From Candidatus Iainarchaeum sp. (GTDB lineage Archaea > B1Sed10-29 > WALL01), in NCBI GenBank assembly GCA_021162685.1, contig JAGGYF010000028.1, positions 1 through 64,000 on the forward strand: DNA of 64,000 bases, written 5' to 3'. The position numbers were made by a program, and so were the translations under genes. Of the stretch, positions 1 to 9,230 are shown one piece after another. The notes below the pieces were generated by a model. The model saw only the letters and a program-made list of their open reading frames with translations. It was not told where the DNA came from and made no database searches. Position 1 is the stretch's first letter; the number at the start of each line of letters is the position of its first letter.

Positions 1-156
1 ATAGCATTCATGCTTCTTGAGTTTTACCATGACATACAAATGCCTGGCATATACATAAACGGTATTGCTGGAGTAACTATTGGTGCACTGTTTGTTTTTA
101 CAAGCAGTGTACTATTCTATGGGCTCTGTGACTTCACTTCAATCTCTCAACAATGA
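1..156 (+). CDS. possible 3' end of a membrane protein (partial, runs off window start)
   Basis: Frame 1 is open from base 1 to TGA at 154-156 and contains hydrophobic stretches (GIAGVTIGALFVFTSSVLFYG). Confidence 0.3.
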   Translation: MAFMLLEFYHDIQMPGIYINGIAGVTIGALFVFTSSVLFYGLCDFTSISQQ

Positions 157-496
157 TTGCAGGACATATTCTTGTAACGCCCTCAATTGCTTCAATCTTT
201 TTGACAAAATGAGATAATTCATCAGACGTCCTAAACCACGTCTCTATCATAATCATGTGGTCTCCACTTGATGTATACAAGGATACAACATCCTCATCTG
301 TCCTAAGTTTTTCTATCACATGAAGTAATCGTTCTGGTTTTGTATCTATACCAATAAGTGCATGTATTTTGTAACCTATCTTCTTTGGATTTACTTTTAT
401 GGTATATCCCTCAATGGCACCTTCCTTTTCAAGTTTCCTCACCCTCTTTCTTATGGCTGCTTCTGTTACCCTGAACTGCTTAGCTAGCTGAGTAAA
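134..496 (-). pseudogene. Lrp/AsnC family regulator, 5'-truncated
   Basis: FTQLAKQFRVTEAAIRKRVRKLEKEGAIEGY is the second half of the HTH, followed by an AsnC C-terminal domain. An in-frame TAG at 506-508 and no start codon precede it, so the N-terminal helix is missing. Confidence 0.75.
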
Positions 497-613
497 ACAG
501 AATACCTAAAGATTGAGAATAGATTGAGGGAGATTGGCAAAAATTTGGGATTAACTCCTGCTGAATTGGACCTTTATCTCTGGTATCTAGAAACAGGAAA
601 GATTTTGAAATAG
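488..613 (+). pseudogene. ogg: C-terminal fragment of archaeal 8-oxoguanine DNA glycosylase (Ogg2-type N-glycosylase/AP lyase)
   Basis: Translates to LSKTEYLKIENRLREIGKNLGLTPAELDLYLWYLETGKILK*, matching the Ogg2 C-terminal ELDLYLWY...GKxLK motif. An in-frame TAG at 485-487 lies upstream and there is no start. Confidence 0.7.
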
Positions 614-910
614 CTACTCCAAAAAGGAGTATGCCTTTTTTCTGTGTAAAATTTCCGTTACCTTCACGTCTTTTTGTATTACTGTGTATATGACCCTATA
701 TTCGCCAACCCTCAATCTATAAAATACAGGGTCTTTTGAGCCGTGAAGTTTCTTTATATCACAACCACTTCTAGACGTAAAGGGGTCCTCAGCAAGCCCA
801 GCCAACGTTTTTCTTATAGCATAGCGTACCTTCTTTTGTAATAACTTGAGTTGCTTGACAGCGGTTTTTGATAGTAGGACATTAAATTTCTTTGATGTCA
901 ATGAATTCAT
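614..910 (-). CDS. RelE/ParE family toxin
   Basis: Basic protein of about 98 aa with KKL.G....YRLRVGEYRVIY and C-terminal HRKKAY; overlaps a small upstream antitoxin gene. Confidence 0.85.
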   Translation of the reverse strand: MNSLTSKKFNVLLSKTAVKQLKLLQKKVRYAIRKTLAGLAEDPFTSRSGCDIKKLHGSKDPVFYRLRVGEYRVIYTVIQKDVKVTEILHRKKAYSFLE

Positions 911-1064
911 CCTCCTCCAGTATCCTTTTTTGCCTATCAAAGAATAGTTGCTTTCTTGCTAATTCGATTAAGTGCCTTATTATGGCATCATATGTCTCAC
1001 CTTTGTGGCCAATCTTTTTAAGTAACTCCTTTGTTTGCTCATTTACTGCTATTGTTGTCACCAT
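882..1064 (-). CDS. antitoxin (RHH-like)
   Basis: 60 aa, TTIAV..TKELL...G.KGETYDAII..LI, acidic tail, directly upstream of the toxin. Confidence 0.75.
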   Translation of the reverse strand: MVTTIAVNEQTKELLKKIGHKGETYDAIIRHLIELARKQLFFDRQKRILEEDEFIDIKEI

Positions 1065-1162
1065 CCAACCACCTATAACGCTTATAACTATTATAATATT
1101 TATATGTAACGCTGTGAGGATGCTACTTTACGCTTATATATCAAAAATGAGCAATATAACAT

Positions 1163-1927
1163 ATGCGCGCATTTATTGCATTAGTTGTTGTCACGGCTAT
1201 GGTCTATGGGGCATGCCAGATATCAGAAGCGTATATAGGCACTGACCCCCTCTGCTCTGATAAAGTTACGTCTGAAAAGGCAAATGTTTATTCCTATGAA
1301 GACTTCTATGTCTGTCTGAAGATAGATGGAATTAGCAGTGGGGAACCAGTAACAGCATATGAAAAAATCATTATGCCAAAACAAACAACAGTTGTTAGGG
1401 ATGATGGATACATTTACCTTCATGGAAAAGCGGATACAAACATGCATAAGGTATATTATATTGAACTAAATGCATCAGAGTGCAATGATACAATACGTCT
1501 GCCTGTTGAGATAAAAAATACATGCATCCAACTGCCACCAAGTACAATCCAGGCAGTACCTAATAGCGTGGAAGAAGGAGAGAACTTTGCTATTGAAATA
1601 AACAATGCAAACAAAGACCTTGATATGAACATTATCGGACTAAAAATTCCTGTCAAGTCAAGAGTGTTTAGAGGACTGAAATGGACGCGTTCATTTTCTT
1701 CGTACGCATGCTGTACACCACAAGAGGAGGTATGCTCCTGTAAACTGAAATTTGCGTTTACTGACCCAAAACACCCTATATGCCAAAATGATGCAACTGA
1801 GATAGAGGTGAGGGTATACAAGAAAAAGCAGCAGATTATAGAAGCGCCAGAGGAGATATCTGTGGGTGTTTTAGCACTATTGGCCATTATAATTATAGGA
1901 ACTGGGCTAACTGTGATAACGCAGTAA
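1163..1927 (+). CDS. secreted/membrane-anchored Cys-rich hypothetical protein
   Basis: N-terminal signal peptide, many Cys, C-terminal TM helix. Confidence 0.7.
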   Translation: MRAFIALVVVTAMVYGACQISEAYIGTDPLCSDKVTSEKANVYSYEDFYVCLKIDGISSGEPVTAYEKIIMPKQTTVVRDDGYIYLHGKADTNMHKVYYIELNASECNDTIRLPVEIKNTCIQLPPSTIQAVPNSVEEGENFAIEINNANKDLDMNIIGLKIPVKSRVFRGLKWTRSFSSYACCTPQEEVCSCKLKFAFTDPKHPICQNDATEIEVRVYKKKQQIIEAPEEISVGVLALLAIIIIGTGLTVITQ

Positions 1928-1991
1928 CAAATATATATGCTCCAAACAAAATAATACTGGGCCAGAGCCAAGGTGCAGCCCGGTGCTTTTT

Positions 1992-2402
1992 ATGGCTTAT
2001 GAATACCTTGATGAGATAACCTCTGATGTGATGTTCAGAGCAACAGCACCAACACTCAAAGAGCTCTTTGAGGATTGCGCAAAAGCAATGATGTCTGTGA
2101 TGTACAACCTGAACAAAGTTGAAGAGAAGAAGAAGATAAGGATAGAGATAGCTGCTGAAAATGAAAAGGAACTACTCTATAAATGGTTATCAGAACTCCT
2201 AGCGCAATTTGAAATCAATGAGATGCTTTTTTCAAAATTCAATGTTTCGGAGATTGACAACAAGCATTTGAGGGCTGAGGTCTTTGGGGATGATGTAAAA
2301 CCAGAACTAATACAGACACTTGTTAAAGGCGTAACGATGTATAGGTTTGACCTGAAAAGGAAGGATGGAAAATGGATTGCAACAGTGGTGGTGGATATAT
2401 GA
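1992..2402 (+). CDS. archease (RtcB activator)
   Basis: YEYLD..TSDV, KGVT.Y, and C-terminal A.VVVDI; lies in an operon with rtcB. Confidence 0.92.
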   Translation: MAYEYLDEITSDVMFRATAPTLKELFEDCAKAMMSVMYNLNKVEEKKKIRIEIAAENEKELLYKWLSELLAQFEINEMLFSKFNVSEIDNKHLRAEVFGDDVKPELIQTLVKGVTMYRFDLKRKDGKWIATVVVDI

Positions 2403-2935
2403 AATGCTCAGACAGAATCTCACTCTTGCCACGACTTATGTTACTAAATGCTATGAAAATAACAAAAAGGCATAAGATTCTTGAGGTAGGGTGTGGCGAA
2501 GGCAATACATCTGTATTGTTTGCTATGATAACAAAGTGCAACGTTGTAGGCATAGATATAGACAAGAGAGTTATTGAAAAAGCAAAACAAATGAAAAGAA
2601 AACTTGGGATAAAAAATGTTATTTTTAGACACTTCTCAGGAGAGAGAATGCCGTTCAAAGATAATACATTTGATGCTGTGATATTGCCATTTGTACTACA
2701 TCATGTTGCAAAAAGACAAACAGAACCATTGATAGAAGAATGTGTCAGAGTGTGTAAGAAGGATGGTAAGATAGGTGTGATTGAATGGGGAGTTATGAAA
2801 GATAAGAGAAAACATCACAAACAGGTTATGCTCCCAAAGATGTTAAAGGCGTTATTTAGAGAGTATAATATCACGCCATTAAAATATGAAAGGGTAGATC
2901 CTGCATACTATACAGTGGGGAGGGTTAAGAAATGA
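2399..2935 (+). CDS. class I SAM-dependent methyltransferase
   Basis: ILEVGCGEG, VVGIDID, MPFKDNTFDAV...VLHH; ATGA overlap with archease. Confidence 0.85.
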   Translation: MKCSDRISLLPRLMLLNAMKITKRHKILEVGCGEGNTSVLFAMITKCNVVGIDIDKRVIEKAKQMKRKLGIKNVIFRHFSGERMPFKDNTFDAVILPFVLHHVAKRQTEPLIEECVRVCKKDGKIGVIEWGVMKDKRKHHKQVMLPKMLKALFREYNITPLKYERVDPAYYTVGRVKK

Positions 2936-3486
2936 AAGAGGAAGATATCATAGAAGCAGTAAAACAGTTTGCAAAGCAGACAGAGGCAAGACCTAACTAC
3001 TATGAAACGCACTTATTGCCAACAATGGAGGAGGGGGAGAGATGGTGCTTAAAGTTAGGTGCAGATTGCTTTGTTGTTAGAATTGCTTGTCTGCTCCATG
3101 ATTGTGGATATTCCTTCCTAGATAGTTGGGAACACCATGAAGAAGCAGGTGCAGCAGTGGCAAAGAAGTTTCTTGAGGAACAAGGAGTACCTGAAAAGAT
3201 TGCTGAGCAAGTCGCAATGTGTATACGACTTCACGACGGAAAAGTAACAGAAAACGACCCAATAGAATGTAGAATAGTAAATGATGCAGACATTATCGCA
3301 TACTACAAGTTTATTGGAGAACATGTCAAACAATGGATTGAGGGGGGAAGGACAAAGGATAAAACAATAGCATTCCACATAAATCATGCTAAAATGCACT
3401 GGAATGATTTACGTGTTAAAGAGATGAAGGAATATGCAAAACAGTATTATGAAGAAGCATTAAGATATTTGGAGGCGATGAGATGA
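2932..3486 (+). CDS. HD-domain phosphohydrolase
   Basis: ACLLHDCG, HHEEAGA, IRLHD, IVNDAD motifs. Confidence 0.85.
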   Translation: MKEEDIIEAVKQFAKQTEARPNYYETHLLPTMEEGERWCLKLGADCFVVRIACLLHDCGYSFLDSWEHHEEAGAAVAKKFLEEQGVPEKIAEQVAMCIRLHDGKVTENDPIECRIVNDADIIAYYKFIGEHVKQWIEGGRTKDKTIAFHINHAKMHWNDLRVKEMKEYAKQYYEEALRYLEAMR

Positions 3487-4925
3487 AAGAGAAGTTGGAA
3501 AAGATTGATGAGTACAGGTGGAGGATACCCAAAACTGTAAGAGAGAAGATGAAAGTAGATGCCATTGTGTATGGTTCAAAAGCAATTATTGACCAAGCAG
3601 AGGATGCTGCAATAGAGCAGCTAACAAATGTTGCATGCCTGCCTGGTGTTGTTGAACCTGTCTGTGGAATGCCAGATATACACTGGGGGTATGGGCTACC
3701 AATGGGTGCAGTTGGCGCATTTGATGAAGAAGAGGGGATAATAGCCTCTGGACTAACAGGTTTTGATATAAACTGCGGTATTCGCATGATAAAAACAAAC
3801 CTAACCGTTGACGAAGTAAAACCAAAGATCAGAGAACTCATTGATGTCCTATTCAAAAATGTTCCATGTGGTGTAGGAAGCAAAGGAAGGTTGAGAGTTA
3901 ATGATGAACAGCTTGATGAGGTTCTGCGTAATGGCGCTGTTTGGGCATTGGAGAATGGTTATGCAACAAAGCATGATATAGAGCATATGGAGGAAAATGG
4001 AAAAATGGATGGAGCAGACCCATCAAAGGTTTCTGATGAAGCAAAGAAGAGGGGAAAACCACAACTTGGAACACTCGGCGCAGGCAATCACTTTTTAGAG
4101 GTGCAAAGGGTGGACCAGATATATGACGAGAAAACTGCAAAGGCATTTGGGATTGAACACAATGACCAGGTTGTTGTTATGTTGCACTGTGGAAGCAGAG
4201 GGTTTGGACATCAAGTAGCAAGTGATTACCTACAAATACATGCAAAAGCAGCAAGAAAGTATGGGATCTGGCTGCCAGATGAACAGCTTGTTTGTGCACC
4301 TGCAAACTCGCAGGAAGGACAGGATTATTTCAAAGCCATGAAGTGCGCTGTTAATTACGCATTCTGCAACAGAACAGTAATGACTGCATGGATCAGAGAG
4401 AGTTTTGAGCAAGTATTCAAGAGGGATTGGGAATCAATGGATATGAAAACAATATATGATGTTTGTCATAATATATGTAAATATGAGACCCACAGAGTAA
4501 ATGGAGAGAAAAGAAACTTATATGTTCACAGAAAAGGAGCAACAAGGGCCTTACCTCCTGGTCATGAATTGATACCAAAAAGTTACATGGATGTTGGACA
4601 ACCAGTACTAATTGCAGGAAGTATGGGTACTGCATCCTATATATTGGTCGGTACGGACAAGGCAAAAGAAACGTTTTATAGCTCGTGCCATGGTGCGGGT
4701 AGGACAATGTCTAGACACAAAGCAATAAAGACACACTGGGGCGACAAGGTAAAAAAGGAACTGGAACAATCAGGTATTATAGCAAAATCCACACATCCTA
4801 AGGTCTTGGCAGAAGAAGCGCCAGATGCCTACAAGGATGTTGATGAGGTCATAGAATCTGTACATAATGCTGGTATCTCAACAAAGGTTGCTAGGATGAC
4901 CCCTCTTGGCGTGGCAAAAGGATAG
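3483..4925 (+). CDS. rtcB: RtcB tRNA-splicing/RNA ligase
   Basis: MPDIHWGYGLP, GFDINCG, GTLGAGNHFLE, HRKGAT, HGAGR, EEAPDAYKDV. Confidence 0.98.
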   Translation: MKEKLEKIDEYRWRIPKTVREKMKVDAIVYGSKAIIDQAEDAAIEQLTNVACLPGVVEPVCGMPDIHWGYGLPMGAVGAFDEEEGIIASGLTGFDINCGIRMIKTNLTVDEVKPKIRELIDVLFKNVPCGVGSKGRLRVNDEQLDEVLRNGAVWALENGYATKHDIEHMEENGKMDGADPSKVSDEAKKRGKPQLGTLGAGNHFLEVQRVDQIYDEKTAKAFGIEHNDQVVVMLHCGSRGFGHQVASDYLQIHAKAARKYGIWLPDEQLVCAPANSQEGQDYFKAMKCAVNYAFCNRTVMTAWIRESFEQVFKRDWESMDMKTIYDVCHNICKYETHRVNGEKRNLYVHRKGATRALPPGHELIPKSYMDVGQPVLIAGSMGTASYILVGTDKAKETFYSSCHGAGRTMSRHKAIKTHWGDKVKKELEQSGIIAKSTHPKVLAEEAPDAYKDVDEVIESVHNAGISTKVARMTPLGVAKG

Positions 4926-4960
4926 CAAACCTTTTAAACCATTGATGAATTAATCCAGAT

Positions 4961-5515
4961 ATGGCAGTTGAGCCAGAGATTTTGGAAGAGGTCAGACGGC
5001 TGAGGGAAGAAGGATTTGATGTAGAGCAGATAAAACAAAATTTGAAGAAGATAGGATATTCTGATACAGATATTGAGGAGATAATGGAGAAAACAAAGCC
5101 AAAGCCAGAGAAACCGAAAGGGCCAGAGGTTTACAAACCAGAAGAACAAAAAGAAACGCCTTCTGTCACTGTAAAGAAAGAGCCTGAGGAGAAGCCAGAA
5201 GGGGAAGCCGCAATAGCGCTTGAATTTGATGAGGAATTGGAGGCATTAGAAGGACCAAATGTTCAACCAAAGGTTGTAAAAACGCCTGAACCAAAAACTG
5301 TTTACCTTCCAACTCCCCCTGCAGAAAAGAAGGCTGAGGAGAAGGAAATACCAGCACCGCCTCCTCCTGAACCATTTAAGGCTGAGGAAGAAAAACCAAA
5401 AAAGCCATCAAAGATTCTTGCATTGTTTATATGGTTATTTGTGCTCCTCATCCTTGCAATGATCATATTATTGGCTGCAGAGAAGGTTGGTATGCAGCTA
5501 CCATTCAGTTTATAA
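4961..5515 (+). CDS. acidic Pro/Glu-rich tail-anchored membrane protein
   Basis: Small helical N-domain, low-complexity E/P/K linker, C-terminal TM. Confidence 0.75.
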   Translation: MAVEPEILEEVRRLREEGFDVEQIKQNLKKIGYSDTDIEEIMEKTKPKPEKPKGPEVYKPEEQKETPSVTVKKEPEEKPEGEAAIALEFDEELEALEGPNVQPKVVKTPEPKTVYLPTPPAEKKAEEKEIPAPPPPEPFKAEEEKPKKPSKILALFIWLFVLLILAMIILLAAEKVGMQLPFSL

Positions 5516-5523
5516 ACAAAACC

Positions 5524-5617
5524 TTTTTAAATACCCAAGTTTCAAATATAAGGGACTGCATGGAACCCATGTGGTCTGGCAACTTCTAGGTTGTTTGGAC
5601 TATATAGGGCCAGCAGT
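5524..5617 (+). promoter_or_regulatory. TATA box plus long 5'-UTR hairpin ahead of rpl3 operon
   Basis: TTTTTAAATA at 5524-5533; imperfect hairpin 5555-5617 (ACTGC/GCAGT, CCC/GGG, ATGTGGTC/GACTATAT, CAAC/GTTG). Confidence 0.55.
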
Positions 5618-5637
5618 TATTCTCATAGGTGATAGCA

Positions 5638-6630
5638 GTGTCAAAACTTACTGCACCAAGACATGGTTCACTTGGATATGCCCCAAGAAAAAGGGCGAAG
5701 AGGCCTTATGCTAGTTTTAGCACTTATCCTAAGATTGATGAGACAAAACCATTAGCATTTGCAGGATACAAGGCAGGAATGACACATGTTATTGCTATTG
5801 ATAAACACAAGGGCAGCCCTTCCTACGAGCAGAAGGTTGCTATCCCCGTAACCATTGTAGAAGTACCACCAGCAAAGGTTTTTGGTATAAAGGTTTATGA
5901 GATAACAAATGAAGGATTGAAAGCATTTGGAAGTGTTGTTGCTGAAAAGCTTGATAAGGAACTGAAGAAGAAGTTTAGTATTCCTAAAAAAACAGAAACA
6001 AAAAAGAAGATGGATGAGATTGAGAAGAATATTGATAGGGTCTCAGAGGTAAGATTGCTGGTTCATACAAAACCAACGTTCAAGAAAAAGCCAGAAGTAT
6101 TTGAAATCTTGGTTAATGCTCCAACAGCAAAGGAGGCATGGGAATACGCAAAGAGTATTTTAGGAAAGGAACTGACAGCAGACCAAATATTCAAGGAAGG
6201 AGATTACATAGATGTTGTTGCGATAACAAAAGGGAAGGGAATACAAGGCCCAGTAAAACGATTTGGTGCGAGGATACAATACAGAAAGGCGCATGGATTT
6301 AGGAGACATGTTGGTTGTATAAATCCTTGGTCACCAGCAAGGACAATGTGGACATCATTGATGCCTGGACAGATGGGCTATCACAGAAGAACAATGTTAA
6401 ACCTAAGGGTTTTGAAGATGGGTGAGAATGGAAAAGAGGTAACGCCAAAAGGAGGAATTCCTCATTATGGTGTTGTAAAATCAAGATATTTGCTGATAAA
6501 GGGTTCACTCCCAGGACCAAAGAAGCGATTGGTTATGATGAGATTTGCTATAAGGCCACCAAAGAAAGAAGTGCCAGCACCAGAGGTTGTGAGTGTATCA
6601 ACAATATCCCAACAGGGGAGAGGTAGGTGA
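5638..6630 (+). CDS. rpl3: ribosomal protein uL3
   Basis: PRHGSLGYAPRKRA, GYKAGMTH, TKGKGIQGPVKR; GTG start after AGGTGA. Confidence 0.97.
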   Translation: MSKLTAPRHGSLGYAPRKRAKRPYASFSTYPKIDETKPLAFAGYKAGMTHVIAIDKHKGSPSYEQKVAIPVTIVEVPPAKVFGIKVYEITNEGLKAFGSVVAEKLDKELKKKFSIPKKTETKKKMDEIEKNIDRVSEVRLLVHTKPTFKKKPEVFEILVNAPTAKEAWEYAKSILGKELTADQIFKEGDYIDVVAITKGKGIQGPVKRFGARIQYRKAHGFRRHVGCINPWSPARTMWTSLMPGQMGYHRRTMLNLRVLKMGENGKEVTPKGGIPHYGVVKSRYLLIKGSLPGPKKRLVMMRFAIRPPKKEVPAPEVVSVSTISQQGRGR

Positions 6631-7436
6631 AGATGATGAAAGCACCAGTATTGTCAATAGATGGTAAGAAAATCAAAGACATTACACTCCCAGAGGTGTT
6701 TTCCGAGGAATATCATCCCACACTGATAAGAAGGGCTGTTGTTGCACTCCAGAGCAGAAGATTCCAACCACATGCGCCATATAAATACGCAGGTCTTGAA
6801 ACAAGTGCAACATATGTTGGAAGAAGAGGAGCATTCAGGGCAGGAATAAATAGAGGCATATCACGATTACCAAGAGTAAAACTACCAGGCGGGGGACTTG
6901 GTGAGGTAAGGAAAGTGCCACATGCAAAAGGTGGAAGAAGAGCCCATCCGCCAAAGGTTGAAAAAATTGTTGAAAAGAAGATAAACAAAAAGGAAAAAAT
7001 AAAGGCAACACGTTCTGCAATTGCGGCAACAGCAAAAAAGGAGATTGTAGAGAAAAGAGGTCATAAGATAGATTCAGTAAAACATCTTCCAATTATTGTT
7101 GAGGATAAGTTCCAGGAACTTAGCAAAACAAAGGATGTTGTTTCTGTGCTTGAGAAGATCGGGCTTAAAGATGAAATAGAGAGGGCCAAAGTGAGAAAGG
7201 AGAGGGCAGGAAAACAGAAGAGAAGGGGAAAAAGATTAAGAAAGAAAAAAAGTGCGCTCATCATCGTCCTTGATGGATCAAAGGTTAGGAGAGCATGTAA
7301 GAACATACCAGGTATTGATGTAACAACACCTAACAGATTGAACGTAGAATTGCTTGCACCAGGAACACATGCTGGAAGGTTGACTATATGGACAGAATCA
7401 GCAGTAAAGAAGATAGGTGAGAAATATGGTAGTTAA
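6627..7436 (+). CDS. rpl4: ribosomal protein uL4
   Basis: GGRRAHPPK, LLAPGTHAGRLTIWTESA. Confidence 0.97.
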   Translation: MKMMKAPVLSIDGKKIKDITLPEVFSEEYHPTLIRRAVVALQSRRFQPHAPYKYAGLETSATYVGRRGAFRAGINRGISRLPRVKLPGGGLGEVRKVPHAKGGRRAHPPKVEKIVEKKINKKEKIKATRSAIAATAKKEIVEKRGHKIDSVKHLPIIVEDKFQELSKTKDVVSVLEKIGLKDEIERAKVRKERAGKQKRRGKRLRKKKSALIIVLDGSKVRRACKNIPGIDVTTPNRLNVELLAPGTHAGRLTIWTESAVKKIGEKYGS

Positions 7437-7674
7437 TCATCCTCTACTTTCAGAAAAAGCGGTTGACCTCATAGAAAAGGAGAATAAGTTAGTATTCATT
7501 GTTGATAAGAATGCAACAAAATCTGAGATAAAAGAAGCGGTTGAAAAGCTGTATGATGTGAAAGTTGATGCTGTTAACACATTGATTGATTCAAAAGGTA
7601 GGAAGAAGGCATTTGTTAGATTATCAAAAGAAAGCTCTGCATCAGAGCTGGCAACAAAATTGAATATAATATGA
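7426..7674 (+). CDS. rpl23: ribosomal protein uL23
   Basis: PLLSEKA..IEKENKLVFIV...KKAFVRL. Confidence 0.96.
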   Translation: MVVNHPLLSEKAVDLIEKENKLVFIVDKNATKSEIKEAVEKLYDVKVDAVNTLIDSKGRKKAFVRLSKESSASELATKLNII

Positions 7675-7684
7675 AGTGGTTGAT

Positions 7685-8401
7685 ATGGGAAGACCAATTG
7701 GAACACAAAAGAGAGGAAAAGGAAGTCACAGATACAGGAGACCATCTCATAGATACAAAACTGAAGCACATTATAGGCCAAACAATGGAGGCATACTAAA
7801 AGGGGTTATAACAGGATTTGACCATGACCCATCAAAAACAGCAATACTCATGAAAGTAAAATGGCAGGATGGAAACGAGAGCTTATATCTCGCACCAGAA
7901 GGAGTATTTGTAAATGATATGATTGAGCAAGGAGCAGGCGCTTCATTATCCATTGGTAATGTTCTTCCTTTATCAGAAATACCAGAAGGAATGCCTGTAT
8001 TCAACATAGAAAAGGTTCCTGGAGATGGAGGAACAATAGTTAGAGCATCTGGAACAGCAGCATTCGTCATTGCAAAGAAGGGTGACAAGGTCATTGTGAG
8101 GTTACCCTCAAAGAGGATGAAACCTCTTGATGGAAAGTGCAGGGCAATGATTGGGATTGTTGCTGGTGGTGGAAGGACAGAGGAACCATTCGTAAAAGCA
8201 GGGAATAAATACCACAGAGAAAGAGCAAAGGGGAAGAGGTATCCAATTGTTAGAGGAGTTGCAATGAACCCAGTTGCGCACCCACATGGTGGTTCCCAAC
8301 ACCACACTGGAAAAGCAACAACAGTGAAGAGGCAAACACCACCTGGAAGAAAGGTTGGACATATAGCAGCAAGAAGAACAGGAAGGAGAAAGAGGAAGTG
8401 A
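7685..8401 (+). CDS. rpl2: ribosomal protein uL2
   Basis: [31 protein letters not shown]. Confidence 0.98.
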   Translation: MGRPIGTQKRGKGSHRYRRPSHRYKTEAHYRPNNGGILKGVITGFDHDPSKTAILMKVKWQDGNESLYLAPEGVFVNDMIEQGAGASLSIGNVLPLSEIPEGMPVFNIEKVPGDGGTIVRASGTAAFVIAKKGDKVIVRLPSKRMKPLDGKCRAMIGIVAGGGRTEEPFVKAGNKYHRERAKGKRYPIVRGVAMNPVAHPHGGSQHHTGKATTVKRQTPPGRKVGHIAARRTGRRKRK

Positions 8402-8405
8402 GAAT

Positions 8406-8789
8406 ATGGCAAAGGTATTTACATTCCATGGAAAAACAATGGATGAACTTAAGGATATGCCTATTGAGGAATTTATGAAGTTAGTTCCATCAAGGCAGAG
8501 AAGATCCCTGAAAAGAGGATTCACAGATGAACAGGAGAAATTCCTAAAAAAATTGAGGAAATATCCTGATAAGATCATACGAACGCATTGCAGAGACATG
8601 ATTATATTACCAGAAATGGTTGGAAGAAAGATTGCAGTCTATAATGGTAAAGAATTTGTTTATATTACAATCCAGCCAGAGATGTTGGGGCATTACCTTG
8701 GTGAGTATGCTCACACAAGAAAACCTGTTAAGCACTCCGCAGCAGGTATTGGTGCTACAAGAAGTACAAAATTCATAGCAGCGAAGTGA
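8406..8789 (+). CDS. rps19: ribosomal protein uS19
   Basis: [22 protein letters not shown]. Confidence 0.98.
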   Translation: MAKVFTFHGKTMDELKDMPIEEFMKLVPSRQRRSLKRGFTDEQEKFLKKLRKYPDKIIRTHCRDMIILPEMVGRKIAVYNGKEFVYITIQPEMLGHYLGEYAHTRKPVKHSAAGIGATRSTKFIAAK

Positions 8790-8793
8790 TAAC

Positions 8794-9228
8794 ATGGCAA
8801 GAAAATATAGTGCTCAAGGTATTGAAGGTGCAAGGGCGTATGGAAGAGAGATGGATATCTCTCCAAAACATGCCATAGAGATATGCAGAGAGATCAGAGG
8901 AAAAAACGTGAATAAGGCTATTACATTCCTTGAGAAGGTCATAAAGAAGGAGGCATTTGTTCCATTCAAACGATTCAATAGCAAGGTTGCACACAGAAAA
9001 GGCGGTAAACCAGGAAGATATCCTGTTAAGGCATCAAAAGCGATATTGAAAGTGCTTGAGAATGCAAAAGCAAATGCTGAGAACCAAGGGATGGACACTG
9101 ATAAACTCATGATAGTACATGCAGCTGCTCATAGGGGCCCTGTATATGATAGAAGGGCACCAAAGGGGAGGATGAGAACATCTGCCATAGAAACCGTAAA
9201 TGTTGAAATAATTGTAAAGGAGGCCTGA
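8794..9228 (+). CDS. rpl22: ribosomal protein uL22
   Basis: ISPKHAIEICREIRG, GRYPVKA. Confidence 0.97.
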   Translation: MARKYSAQGIEGARAYGREMDISPKHAIEICREIRGKNVNKAITFLEKVIKKEAFVPFKRFNSKVAHRKGGKPGRYPVKASKAILKVLENAKANAENQGMDTDKLMIVHAAAHRGPVYDRRAPKGRMRTSAIETVNVEIIVKEA

Positions 9229-9230
9229 AC

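Noticed and set aside
3483-4925. Inteins in RtcB (also checked aIF5B and NrdD)
   Set aside because: Protein lengths are normal and the conserved motifs are contiguous.
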